DNA from: Candidatus Eiseniibacteriota bacterium
GTDB lineage: Bacteria; Eisenbacteria; RBG-16-71-46
Reading direction: 5' to 3'
Assembly (NCBI GenBank): GCA_031366795.1
Contig: JANLOX010000340.1
Span: 1 to 21,200, forward strand
DNA: 21,200 nucleotides
This document shows positions 1-8,946 of this stretch, one piece after another (positions within the stretch are counted from its first letter, which is position 1; the number at the start of each line of letters is the position of its first letter). Made by a program: the position numbers and the translations under genes. Under the pieces are notes generated by a model, which saw only the letters and a list, made by a program, of their open reading frames with translations, did not search any database and had not been told where the DNA came from.

Positions 1-825
1 GCGCGCATCGTCGAGCGCCGGCGTCACGCTCAACAACGAGGGGTCGAGTGTGGCGGCCTGCTCAAGCGCGTGTGCTGCGGCGTGCAAGCGGTCGAGCACG
101 GCGCCGTTTTCTCCGGCGAGGCGCTCTACGGCGTGCGCGACCAATTCACGCAGGCGTTCGGCATGCGCGAGGCGCCCCGCTTCGTTGCGCAGCTCCGCTT
201 CTTCCCCTTCGCGCGGATCGAGCGCGTCGATCTCCTCCGCCGCGTCGAGCAGTTGCGCGCGGCGTTCTTCATAGGTGGCGAGTTGCGATTCGAGTGATTC
301 GAGCGCGGCGCGCGCCTCGCGCCAGCGTTCGCGTAGTCCGAGATAGCGTTCGCGCTCGAATGCGCAAGCGCCGAGCCGGTCCAGTACTTCGGTTCCCGCG
401 TTGGCGCGCAACAGGCTCTGGTGCTCGTGCTGCCCGTGCAGGTCCGCCAGCAATTCGCCGAGCACGCGCAGCGAGTTCTGCGTCAGCGCCGACTGGTTCA
501 CCAGCGCGCGCGACTTGCCGCTGGCAGCGATCTCGCGGCGCACGATCAACGTGTCGCCGTCACACTCGATGCCCCACTCCTCGATCAGCGCGCGCACCAG
601 CGGGGCCGCAGCACCCAGGCGGAACTCGCCTTCGACCGAAGCGCTCGTGGCGCCTTCGCGCACAAGGCCCGAGTCGGCGCGCCCGCCGGTGAGCAGATTG
701 ACGGACTCGATGAGCAACGACTTGCCCGCGCCGGTCTCGCCGGTGATCACGTTGAGCCCGGCGGTGAACGACAGTTCCGCCGCTTCGACAATGGCGAGGT
801 TTTTGATGCGGAGCCGTTCGAGCAC
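1..825 (-). CDS. recN: DNA repair protein RecN, N-terminal part (runs off the left edge)
   Basis: Not in the ORF track because its stop lies outside the window. Manual translation from GTG at 825 gives MLERLRIKNLAIVEAAELSFTAGLNVITGETGAGKSLLIE, the RecN N-terminus with Walker A GETGAGKS. It follows nadK, as is usual. Confidence 0.96.
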   Translation of the reverse strand, partial: MLERLRIKNLAIVEAAELSFTAGLNVITGETGAGKSLLIESVNLLTGGRADSGLVREGATSASVEGEFRLGAAAPLVRALIEEWGIECDGDTLIVRREIAASGKSRALVNQSALTQNSLRVLGELLADLHGQHEHQSLLRANAGTEVLDRLGACAFERERYLGLRERWREARAALESLESQLATYEERRAQLLDAAEEIDALDPREGEEAELRNEAGRLAHAERLRELVAHAVERLAGENGAVLDRLHAAAHALEQAATLDPSLLSVTPALDDAR

Positions 826-827
826 GA

Positions 828-1706
828 TCAGAAGCTCCGGTGAACGCTCCCCTGCCAGCCAAGCTTGCGCCGCAGCGCGCCGCCGAAGGGGCGCGAGGGG
901 TTCTGGAACAGGCGCACGCGAGCGCGATCGAGGCGAACGGTCACCTCATCACGCGGCAACAGGTCGACGCCTTCCTGGCCATCGAGGAGCAGGACGATGC
1001 GATCGTAGGAGCCGAGCACTGTGATGCCGACGTCGGAGCCGGGAGCCAGCACGAGCGGCCGGCTGCCGATCGAGTGCGGGCACACCGGCGTCACCACCAC
1101 GGCCTCGACGTCGGGTGCCAGCACGGGCCCTCCCGCCGACAGCGAGTAGGCGGTTGAACCCGCGGCACTCGCGACGACAATACCGTCGGCGACGAGATGC
1201 CCGAGATCATCGCCGAGCGCCGAAAGCCGCAGGTGAATCGCGGCGAGGCCACCGGCACCCTTGACCACGGCGTCGTTGAGCGCCACGCCCCGCAGCACCG
1301 TGCGGCCACGCCGGCGCACTATTGCGCTGACCATTCGGCGTTCGGCGATGGGCCATGCACCGGACAATGCCTGGCGAACGGCGGTGGAGAGTTCGCGGTT
1401 CTCGGCGATGGTCAGGAAGCCGAGGCCGCCGAGATTGACGGGCAGCATGACGCAGCGCGTTCCCGCCGCGGCGCGGGCACCTGTCAACACGGTGCCGTCG
1501 CCGCCGAGCGTGATGAGGATGTCGCACGCCCTGGCGAGGCGCGCCAGCGGCACGCCAGGGATCTCCAGTTGGTTGCCGAGCCGCTCATCGACGACGGTCT
1601 TATGCCCAGCGCGGGTCAATTGCGCGATCAGCTTTGCCGCGGCGCGCCGCACCCCGACCCGGTCCGAGTGCCCGAGAATCCCGATGCGACGCGGTCTGGG
1701 CGCCAC
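828..1706 (-). CDS. nadK: NAD(+) kinase
   Basis: Within ORF 828..1883. Motifs GGDGT, NLGGLGFL, LNDAVV, DG..GSTAYSLSAGGP and TPVCPH. Start reassigned to GTG at 1706, 2 nt after the dxs stop, because the longer ORF overlaps dxs. Confidence 0.95.
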   Translation of the reverse strand: MAPRPRRIGILGHSDRVGVRRAAAKLIAQLTRAGHKTVVDERLGNQLEIPGVPLARLARACDILITLGGDGTVLTGARAAAGTRCVMLPVNLGGLGFLTIAENRELSTAVRQALSGAWPIAERRMVSAIVRRRGRTVLRGVALNDAVVKGAGGLAAIHLRLSALGDDLGHLVADGIVVASAAGSTAYSLSAGGPVLAPDVEAVVVTPVCPHSIGSRPLVLAPGSDVGITVLGSYDRIVLLLDGQEGVDLLPRDEVTVRLDRARVRLFQNPSRPFGGALRRKLGWQGSVHRSF

Positions 1707-1708
1707 GG

Positions 1709-3592
1709 TCAGCTGTACTGGCGTTGGGCGGCGCGGACCCACTCGGAGGTGGTGCGCGCGATGCCTGCCGCGTCGAGGCCGACCAGCTTGAGCAGTTCGT
1801 CGCGCTTGCCGTGCGTCACGAACGTTTCGGGGAGTGCGATGCGCAGCAGCGGCGTTCCCGACAGGCCATGGCGGTCGAGGCATTCGCTGATGGCGCTGCC
1901 GAAGCCCCCCATCGGCACGTTCTCTTCGACCGTGACGATCCGGCCGACGGACTTCGCCAGCCCGCAGATGACGTGCTCATCAAGCGGAGCGACGAAGCGC
2001 GCATCGACCACCGTGGCCGAGACGCCCTGCTCCGCCATCAACTCGGCGGCCGCCAGCGCGGGCAGCACCATGGTGCCGATGGCGAAAATCGCGACATCGC
2101 CTCCGGCGCGCAATTGTTCCGATTGCCCGATGGTCATGGTGCGCGGCGCGCGCGTGACCGGCTCGTCCGGGACGTTGGCGCGCGGGTAGCGCACGGCGAT
2201 CGGCCCCTTGCGGTGGCGCGCCGCCGTCCACAGCATGTCGCGGAATTCTTCTGCGTTGCGCGGCGCCATCACCACCACGCCGGGAATCATGCGCAGGAAG
2301 GTGAAGTCGAAGGCGCCATGCTGGGGTGCCCCGTCCTCGCCCACCAGCCCGGCGCGGTCGAGGCAGAACACCACGTTGAGGTTCTGGATCGCGACGTCAT
2401 GGATGATGCCGTCGATGGCGCGCTGGATGAAGGTCGAGTAGATGGCGCACAACGGCACCAGTCCCGCGGCCGCCAGCCCGGCGGAGAACGTCACCGCGTG
2501 TTCCTCGGCCATGCCGACATCGAAGAACCGTTCGGGGAAGACCTGCGCGAAGTTCTTGAGCCCCGTGTTGTCGGTCATCGCGGCGGTGACCGCGACGACG
2601 TCCGGCATCTCCCTCGCGATCTCGACGGAGGTGTCGGCGAACACCTGCGTATAGCTGCGCCCCTTCCCCTTGGTCACCGCGCCCGTTTCGGGATCGAAGG
2701 TGCCGAGGCCATGGAAGGTCCCCGCGTCGTTCTCGGCCGGGGCGTAGCCCTTGCCCTTCTTGGTCACGACGTGCAGCAGTACGGGACCTTCGAAGCGGCG
2801 CAGGTCGGACAGCGTCTCGATGAGTGTATCGAGATCGTGGCCATCGATCGGGCCGAAGTATTTGAGCCCCATGTCCTCAAATAACACCCCGGGCACGACG
2901 AGGTTCTGCAGTCCTTCCTTGACCCGGTGCGCGGCCTCCTGCGCCTTCTTGCCGAGCTTGGGCAGGCGGCCGAGCAGGTCGAACACGTCGCGCTCCATGG
3001 CGCGGTACATGCGGCTGGTGGTGAGCTTGGTCAGGTAGCGCGCGATCGCACCGACATTGGGCGAGATGCTCCACTCGTTGTCGTTGAGGATCACGATCAT
3101 CCGCTTGCCCAGCTCGCCGGCGTTGTTGAGTCCCTCGAACGCCATGCCCCCCGTGAGCGCCCCGTCGCCGATCACCGCGATCACATGGCTGTTCTCGCCC
3201 GCCAGGTCGCGCGCGACGGCGAAGCCCAGCCCCGCTGAAATCGAAGTGCTGCCGTGGCAGGTGCCGAAGGGATCGTGTTCGCTCTCGGCTCGGCTCGGGT
3301 AGCCGGCCAGCCCATTGAAGCTGCGCAGCGTGTCGAAGCGGTCGAAGCGGCCGGTCAGCAGCTTGTGCGGGTACGATTGGTGGCCGACATCCCAGATGAT
3401 CTTGTCGGTCGGCGAATCGAACACGCGGTGCAGCGCGATGGCGAGTTCGACGGCACCCAGGTTCGGCGCCAGGTGTCCGGCGCGGCGAGCCACGGTCTGG
3501 ATGATGACATGACGCATCTCGGCGGCCAGTTCATCGAGCTGCCTGCGCTCAAGGCGCTTAACGTCGGCGGGTGACGCGATCCGTTCGAGCAG
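1709..3592 (-). CDS. dxs: 1-deoxy-D-xylulose-5-phosphate synthase
   Basis: Motifs GHLAPNLG.VEL, WDVGHQSYPHK, GDGALTGG..NDN, GPIDGH, DVGMAEEHAV and GEDGAPQHG. The DXS-like N-terminus LLERIASPADVKRL extends 25 codons upstream of the first ATG (3517) to a CTG at 3592. The start position is inferred. Confidence 0.96.
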   Translation of the reverse strand: MLERIASPADVKRLERRQLDELAAEMRHVIIQTVARRAGHLAPNLGAVELAIALHRVFDSPTDKIIWDVGHQSYPHKLLTGRFDRFDTLRSFNGLAGYPSRAESEHDPFGTCHGSTSISAGLGFAVARDLAGENSHVIAVIGDGALTGGMAFEGLNNAGELGKRMIVILNDNEWSISPNVGAIARYLTKLTTSRMYRAMERDVFDLLGRLPKLGKKAQEAAHRVKEGLQNLVVPGVLFEDMGLKYFGPIDGHDLDTLIETLSDLRRFEGPVLLHVVTKKGKGYAPAENDAGTFHGLGTFDPETGAVTKGKGRSYTQVFADTSVEIAREMPDVVAVTAAMTDNTGLKNFAQVFPERFFDVGMAEEHAVTFSAGLAAAGLVPLCAIYSTFIQRAIDGIIHDVAIQNLNVVFCLDRAGLVGEDGAPQHGAFDFTFLRMIPGVVVMAPRNAEEFRDMLWTAARHRKGPIAVRYPRANVPDEPVTRAPRTMTIGQSEQLRAGGDVAIFAIGTMVLPALAAAELMAEQGVSATVVDARFVAPLDEHVICGLAKSVGRIVTVEENVPMGGFGSAISECLDRHGLSGTPLLRIALPETFVTHGKRDELLKLVGLDAAGIARTTSEWVRAAQRQYS

Positions 3593-3594
3593 GG

Positions 3595-4026
3595 TTACCT
3601 CGGGAACATCTGGTGCCAGATCAGGGCGCTTCCGACCCCCAGAAGCGCTCCAATGAAAACTTCGAGAGGGGTGTGTCCGAGCAGCTCCATCAACTTCTGG
3701 GTTTCGCGGCCCGGCATGCGGAAATGTTCGTCAATCAAGCGATTGAGAATGGCGGCCTGACGGCCCGCCGCACGCCTAAGCCCAGCGGCATCATACATGA
3801 CGACCAGACTGAAATACATGGTCACGCCGAACAGCAACGAGCGGAAGCCGTTCTCCAGCCCCACGAGGGTGGACAGCGCCGCGACCGAGGCGGCGTGGGA
3901 GCTGGGCATACCGCCGGTCTCGACAAAGCGCCGCAGGTTCCAGCGGCCCTTGCGGACGTAGTCGCTGAAGCCCTTGAAGCCCTGGACCAGCATGCCAACG
4001 ATGAGTGCACACCAGAACGCCTTCGT
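3595..4026 (-). CDS. Divergent PAP2 family protein (DUF212, acid phosphatase/vanadium-dependent haloperoxidase related)
   Basis: Motifs GGMPSSH, VMYDAAGLRRAAGRQA..LN and LGHTPLEV. First ATG is at 3993, but the hydrophobic helix KAFWCALIVG lies upstream in frame, with ACG at 4026 behind a GGAGGTGA SD. The start position is inferred. Confidence 0.9.
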   Translation of the reverse strand, partial: TKAFWCALIVGMLVQGFKGFSDYVRKGRWNLRRFVETGGMPSSHAASVAALSTLVGLENGFRSLLFGVTMYFSLVVMYDAAGLRRAAGRQAAILNRLIDEHFRMPGRETQKLMELLGHTPLEVFIGALLGVGSALIWHQMFPR

Positions 4027-4127
4027 GACGTCACCTCCGTGTGAAATAGCTCGGGACGCACTCTAATGGTCCCAAGGCCGGAATCCCAACCCACCTCCCG
4101 CCGGACGGGGCGATCGGGCGGTCAGGG

Positions 4128-6215
4128 CTAATGGGTTGCCGCCCGGAGGATCGAGTCCGTCCGCGCGAGAGCAGCGCGCAGCTCCGCGCGGGCCGGATCC
4201 CGCTGAACCGCACGGGCGTACGCGGCACGGGCCTCGGCATGGCGGCCCTGCCGCGCGCGGATGCGGCCCAGCATGCCCCAGTCCCAGCCGGTCCGATCGG
4301 GCGATGCGGTGACACGCTCCGCCGCATAACCGGCGGAGTCCACCAGCCCAAGATCGAGGTAGGACAGCGCCTGAAAACGCGCGAGTGGGGCGAAGCCGGG
4401 CTGCGAGCGGGCGGGCCCGTCGATCACGGCGAGGGCATCGCGTGGACGCCCCGCGCCTTCAAGGAGGTCCGCGAGTGTGGTGACCGCCAGCAAGTCCCCG
4501 GGGTTGTTCGCCGCGAACGCGCGCGACAACCCGATCCCGGCTGCCTGGATCACCGAGGGCGATGGGTGCTCATCAGTAAAGCGATAGAGCGCAAAGTAGT
4601 GATTGGGGTCGTCGAGCGTCAGCTGGGTCTGCTCGAGGCCCGGCATGCGGACCTCCGGCGTGAGCAACCCCAGGAGCTGCGGACACTTGTCGGTTTCGGG
4701 CTTCGAATAGAACAGGAAGCGCGCGCCGGTGCGGTGCGCCGCGTCGAGTAGCCCGGCGTACGAGGCGATCGATCCCATCGGCACGTAGGGCTGGCCCGCG
4801 AAGTAGGCCATGTGCGGCTTGCTCGCCATCACCGGGGCGTTGCCTGTCGTGAGCCGCCGGACGATCTCCCCCGCCATGCGCGTCTCGACGGGTGCCGCGG
4901 CCAGCGCAGCCCGTTCCGCAGCTAGCGACTGCCGCGCCACGACGAACAGCAACACGAGCCACACCGTCCATCGCGCGATGCGCGTCGGGGCAGCGGCGCC
5001 ACGATTGCGAATGAGTGGAGCGAACGCATCGATCACCAGCCAGGCCGCCGCGACCAGATAGAGCGGAACGAGAAACAATGAGAAACGAGGCAGGTAGAAC
5101 ACCGTGGCGAGGGCGGCGTACATGAGGACAAAGTGCAGCGCGATCGGCCAGCCGCGCCGGCCCCGCCAGCCGCCCAACGCAATGCCCGCGATCGCCGCGA
5201 TGCCGATCGGGAGCGTCAGCAGCTGCGTGACGTCCTGCATCCAGCGCGTGCCCATGTTGCGGAACCAATGCAGCGTGAAACGCAGCGGGTCGAAGCGCAC
5301 CACATCGAACACCGAGCGGAAGCGCTGCGCCCCGATGCCCCAGAACGCGTCGCGCATCGAGTTGCCATAGAACTCGTAGGCCACGTTGAGCGCGTTCTGC
5401 GACACGGTGTGCGGCCCCGGGTGATGAGCGGTGGCCCACGACCATGCCGCGACCGGTAGCGCGCAGGCGGCGGCGTAGCCCGCGATGGACTTGAGCGGTG
5501 CGCGCCGAATGAGCAGCAGCGCGATGGCAGCCAGCGGCAGCACCGCGAAGTTGGGGCGCGTGATGACGGCGAAGCCCGCGAGGAATCCCGCCAGCGCCAG
5601 GCGCAGGGTGTGCGATGGCGCGCGGGCCTCCGGTTCGCTGGGCGACGCCGGCCACTCCGGAGCTTCGAGGCAAAGCATCGAGGCGAGCGCGATCGCCAGA
5701 GCCGTCAGGTCGGTGGCCGCTTCCACGCTGGCCTGGATGAACACGGGATTCACCAGCAGCGCCAGCGTCACCGCCAGCGCGAGCTCGCTGCGGAACCAGT
5801 GACAGCAGAGCCGGTTGCAGAGCAACGCGACGGCCGCGGCTGCGGCGAGATTGATCGCCCGTGCGCCCAGCCAGAAGTCTCCCCCGCATAGCGCACTCGC
5901 CGCCGCCAGCAGCAGTGGGTAGCCCACACCCTTTGAGGTGTAATGAGTGGGATCGATGACGCCGCGCAATAGTTCGCGCGCCGCGGGGATGTACTCGCCG
6001 AGCAGGTCGGTCTCGACCTGGTACAACGGGACCGAGTGCCGCGCGAACACCACCCACGCCAGCGCGGCCGAGAACAGCGCGATGGCAAGCGCCGCCAGCA
6101 TATCGAAGGAGTCGTACGCGCTGCGCGGGATCCGCGCCTGCGACGCACCGGAAGCGGATCTCGCGACGGCGGCAGTACCAGGCGACAGGTGTTGCCTCGC
6201 GGTACGCTTTCGCAT
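4128..6215 (-). CDS. Multi-pass membrane glycosyltransferase (GT-C, ArnT/PMT-like) with C-terminal TPR-like repeats
   Basis: Within ORF 4128..6365. About 10-11 hydrophobic segments, acidic ETD motif after TM1, GYPLLLA, GFAVITRPN, PRF, and a TPR-like C-terminus (WGMLGRIRARQGRHAEARAAYARAVQRDP). Start taken at ATG 6215, after the ispA stop, and is uncertain. Confidence 0.75.
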   Translation of the reverse strand: MRKRTARQHLSPGTAAVARSASGASQARIPRSAYDSFDMLAALAIALFSAALAWVVFARHSVPLYQVETDLLGEYIPAARELLRGVIDPTHYTSKGVGYPLLLAAASALCGGDFWLGARAINLAAAAAVALLCNRLCCHWFRSELALAVTLALLVNPVFIQASVEAATDLTALAIALASMLCLEAPEWPASPSEPEARAPSHTLRLALAGFLAGFAVITRPNFAVLPLAAIALLLIRRAPLKSIAGYAAACALPVAAWSWATAHHPGPHTVSQNALNVAYEFYGNSMRDAFWGIGAQRFRSVFDVVRFDPLRFTLHWFRNMGTRWMQDVTQLLTLPIGIAAIAGIALGGWRGRRGWPIALHFVLMYAALATVFYLPRFSLFLVPLYLVAAAWLVIDAFAPLIRNRGAAAPTRIARWTVWLVLLFVVARQSLAAERAALAAAPVETRMAGEIVRRLTTGNAPVMASKPHMAYFAGQPYVPMGSIASYAGLLDAAHRTGARFLFYSKPETDKCPQLLGLLTPEVRMPGLEQTQLTLDDPNHYFALYRFTDEHPSPSVIQAAGIGLSRAFAANNPGDLLAVTTLADLLEGAGRPRDALAVIDGPARSQPGFAPLARFQALSYLDLGLVDSAGYAAERVTASPDRTGWDWGMLGRIRARQGRHAEARAAYARAVQRDPARAELRAALARTDSILRAATH

Positions 6216-6246
6216 CAGGCCGCCCGCATCACGAGGTCGCGAAGCG

Positions 6247-7215
6247 TCAATGCTCGCGCTGCGCAATGGCCTCGACGAGTGCGGCGAGCGGCGCGGCGCG
6301 CGGCCCCAACGCCTCGAGCGCGCGGCGAGTCCGCGCGAACAGGCGCTCGCGGTCGAGTGCCGCACGCTTCATGCCAACCGCCGCGGGCCACGTGGCCTTG
6401 CCCCGCGCCTCGTCGGTGCCGGCGCGCTTGCCCAGCTGCGCCAGCGTGGAGCCTCGGTTGAGCAGGTCGTCGTGGATCTGGAAGGCGAGCCCGATCGAGC
6501 GGCCGAGCCGTGCGAAGTCGCGGCGCTTGCCGGGTGCCGCGCCACCGGCGAGCGCTCCGAGCTCGAACGCGGCGCCGATCAGCGCTCCGGTCTTGCGCTC
6601 ATGAATGGCGCGCACGGCCTGCGCGTCAGGCGCCGTGCGCGCGCCCCGTTGCTCGGCCTCGAGGTCGAGCACCTGGCCGGCGATCAGTTCGCGACTGCCC
6701 GAGGCGCGCGCCAACACCCGCACCGCTTCGGCGACTCGGGTCGCGGGGACGCCGCGGTCGGCGAGCCGCGTGATCTCCTCGAACGCCAGCGCGATCAGCG
6801 CATCGCCCGCCAGCAGCCCGAGCGCTTCGCCGTATTTCTTGTGCGTGGTCAGCCTGCCGCGACGGTAATCGTCGTCGTCCATGGCGGGCAGGTCGTCGTG
6901 GATCAGCGAGAAGGCGTGAACGCATTCGAGCGCCGCGGCCGCCGGAAGTGCCCGCCGCCAATCCCCTCCCACGGCTTCGCACGCGGCGAGGGTCAACAGC
7001 GGCCGAACGCGTTTGCCGGGCGCGAGTGCGCCGTAGCGCATCGCCTCGTGCAGTCGTGGTGGCAGCACACTTGCGGTGGGCAACGCGGCGGCGAAGTAAC
7101 GTTCGAACGCGGCGAGCCGGGCGATCCATGCGCGGTTCAGCTGGAACGCCACCGGCGCGTGTTCCGGTGGCCGTGGCGCCACCACCTTGAAATCTGCCGG
7201 TGCGCGGCGCCGCAC
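6247..7215 (-). CDS. ispA: Polyprenyl (farnesyl/geranylgeranyl) diphosphate synthase
   Basis: Motifs [42 protein letters not shown] and [13 protein letters not shown]. Sits in the xseA-xseB-ispA-dxs synteny. Start codon uncertain. Confidence 0.93.
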   Translation of the reverse strand: MRRRAPADFKVVAPRPPEHAPVAFQLNRAWIARLAAFERYFAAALPTASVLPPRLHEAMRYGALAPGKRVRPLLTLAACEAVGGDWRRALPAAAALECVHAFSLIHDDLPAMDDDDYRRGRLTTHKKYGEALGLLAGDALIALAFEEITRLADRGVPATRVAEAVRVLARASGSRELIAGQVLDLEAEQRGARTAPDAQAVRAIHERKTGALIGAAFELGALAGGAAPGKRRDFARLGRSIGLAFQIHDDLLNRGSTLAQLGKRAGTDEARGKATWPAAVGMKRAALDRERLFARTRRALEALGPRAAPLAALVEAIAQREH

Positions 7216-7223
7216 GGTTTGGC

Positions 7224-7574
7224 TCAGAACGGCAACTCAGGCAGCGGAGCGGCTCCCGCGGCGGGTTCGGCGCGCCGCGCCGTCGCGGCGCCCGCGGCAT
7301 CGGCCTTCGCGGCGTCGTCCAGCTCCATCGGCTCCGTGCCGGTCGAGCCGTCGTCGCGCGTGACCAGGCGTTCGATGCGCTTCTCCGCCTCATCGAGCGT
7401 GCGCCCGAGCTGGCGCGACAGCTTGACGCCCTCTTCGTAACGCGCGATCGAGTCCTCCAGCGACAGCGCGCCGCCCTCGAGTTCCTCGACGATGGTTTCG
7501 AGCCGCTCGAGGGACTGCTCAAAATTCGGGGCGTCGCCCGGTTCAGTTGCCGGCGTGGTCTTCTTCGTGGCCAT
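7224..7574 (-). CDS. xseB: Exodeoxyribonuclease VII small subunit
   Basis: Within ORF 7224..7883. From ATG 7574: ...[39 protein letters not shown]...LDEAEKRI. Overlaps the xseA 3' end. Confidence 0.95.
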   Translation of the reverse strand: MATKKTTPATEPGDAPNFEQSLERLETIVEELEGGALSLEDSIARYEEGVKLSRQLGRTLDEAEKRIERLVTRDDGSTGTEPMELDDAAKADAAGAATARRAEPAAGAAPLPELPF

Positions 7575-8934
7575 GCGTCCCCCGGGGGCGGATCGTTTCA
7601 ATGCGCGCGTCGGCTTCACCGCGCGCGAATTCCAGCGACACCCGATCGCCGGCGGCGATCGTTTCAATCGTGCGTACGAGACTACCGTCCGGCCGCCGCG
7701 CGATGCAAAACCCGCGTTCCAGCACCAGCCGGGGCGACAATGCGCGCAGCCGGTGACCGTAGCCGTCGAGCCGGCGCCGGCGCTCCTCGACCGTGCGCAG
7801 GACGCACTCATCGAGACGCCCGCGCGTGAGCTCAAGTTGTTCGCGGCGCGCGCGCAGCTCGCGCGGCCACTCGCGCAGGCCATAGCGTTGCGCCGCCTCG
7901 CGCAGCCGCTGGCGTGAGCGCCGCAGCGTAAAGGTCACCGCACTGGCGATTCGTCCGGTCAGTTCGTCGATGCGCTGGCGCAGCGGACCCAGCGCGTCGC
8001 GCTGGCGCCGGAAGCCGTACTTGTCCAGCAGCGATTGCAGTCGCGCGCGTCGGTCATCGAGCCCCGCCACAATCGCGCGCCGCAATCCCTCGCGCAGCAC
8101 CTGGAGATGCCGCCCGGTCTCGCGCCGGTCGGGCACCGCGATCTCGGCGGCGTTCGACGGTGTCGCCGCGCGGACATCGGCGGCGAGGTCGGCGAGCGTC
8201 CAGTCGACCTCGTGCCCGACCGCGGAGATGACGGGCAGGTGCGAGGCCGCGATGGCGCGCACGACAGGTTCCTCGTTGAACGCCCACAGGTCTTCGAGCG
8301 AACCGCCGCCGCGTCCGACGATCAGCAGGTCGACTTGTGCGTAGCGATTGAACGCGTCGATCGCCGCCGCGATCTCCAACGCGGCACCGCTCCCCTGCAC
8401 GCGCACCGGGGCAACCACGATGCCGATGCCCGGCCAGCGGCCGCGGGCAACCTTGATCATGTCGCGCACCGCCGCTCCCACCGGAGAGGTGATGAGGCCG
8501 ATGCGAACGGGGTAACGCGGCAGCGCGCGCTTGCGCGCCGCATCGAACAAACCTTCCGCCTGCAGCTTGCGCTTGAGCTCTTCGAGTGCCAGCAGCAACG
8601 CGCCCAAGCCTGCCGGGCGCATCTCGCGCGCGACGAGCTGGTACTTGCCGCGCGGCTCGTACACCGAGACGCCACCGAACGCTTCGACTTCAGCGCCATC
8701 GCGCGGTTCGAAACCGAGACGCGCGGCGCCGGTGCGCCACATCACGCAGTCGATGAGGGCGTCGCGGCCTTCCTTGAGGGCGAAGTACAGGTGCCCGCTG
8801 TCCGCGCGCTTGAAGCCTGAGATCTCGCCGCGTACCCACAGGGCGGGGAACTCGCCTTCGAGCGACTCCTTGATGCGCCGGGTCAGGTCCCCAACGGTGA
8901 GGATCGTTTCATCTGGCGCGGGCGAGCTGGCCAT
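7543..8934 (-). CDS. xseA: Exodeoxyribonuclease VII large subunit
   Basis: OB-fold WVRGEISGF..SGHLYFALK, IGLITSP.GAAVRD, GRGGGSLEDLWAFNEE, SAVGHEVD, AATPS and LSP..VLERGF. Confidence 0.97.
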   Translation of the reverse strand: MASSPAPDETILTVGDLTRRIKESLEGEFPALWVRGEISGFKRADSGHLYFALKEGRDALIDCVMWRTGAARLGFEPRDGAEVEAFGGVSVYEPRGKYQLVAREMRPAGLGALLLALEELKRKLQAEGLFDAARKRALPRYPVRIGLITSPVGAAVRDMIKVARGRWPGIGIVVAPVRVQGSGAALEIAAAIDAFNRYAQVDLLIVGRGGGSLEDLWAFNEEPVVRAIAASHLPVISAVGHEVDWTLADLAADVRAATPSNAAEIAVPDRRETGRHLQVLREGLRRAIVAGLDDRRARLQSLLDKYGFRRQRDALGPLRQRIDELTGRIASAVTFTLRRSRQRLREAAQRYGLREWPRELRARREQLELTRGRLDECVLRTVEERRRRLDGYGHRLRALSPRLVLERGFCIARRPDGSLVRTIETIAAGDRVSLEFARGEADARIETIRPRGTHGHEEDHAGN

Positions 8935-8946
8935 CGCGTGGCGCGC

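Noticed and set aside
1700..1712. Absence of tlyA between dxs and nadK (and of 5-formyl-THF cyclo-ligase after 6S RNA)
   Set aside because: Gene-order variation of this kind is common, and the genes may lie elsewhere in the genome.
4024..4062. Frameshifted N-terminus (MRPELFHTEVT...) for the DUF212 gene
   Set aside because: It requires an indel and has no good SD. The strong SD plus in-frame ACG is simpler, though reads are needed to exclude it fully.
4573..6057. 494-aa alternative-frame minus-strand ORF inside the GT-C gene
   Set aside because: Arg/Gly/Ala-rich off-frame translation without motifs. The overlapping frame gives a coherent membrane protein.
6457..6483. ispA second aspartate-rich motif is DDLLN rather than DDxxD
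   Set aside because: DDxxN variants occur in active prenyltransferases and all other motifs are intact, so this is not evidence of a new function.
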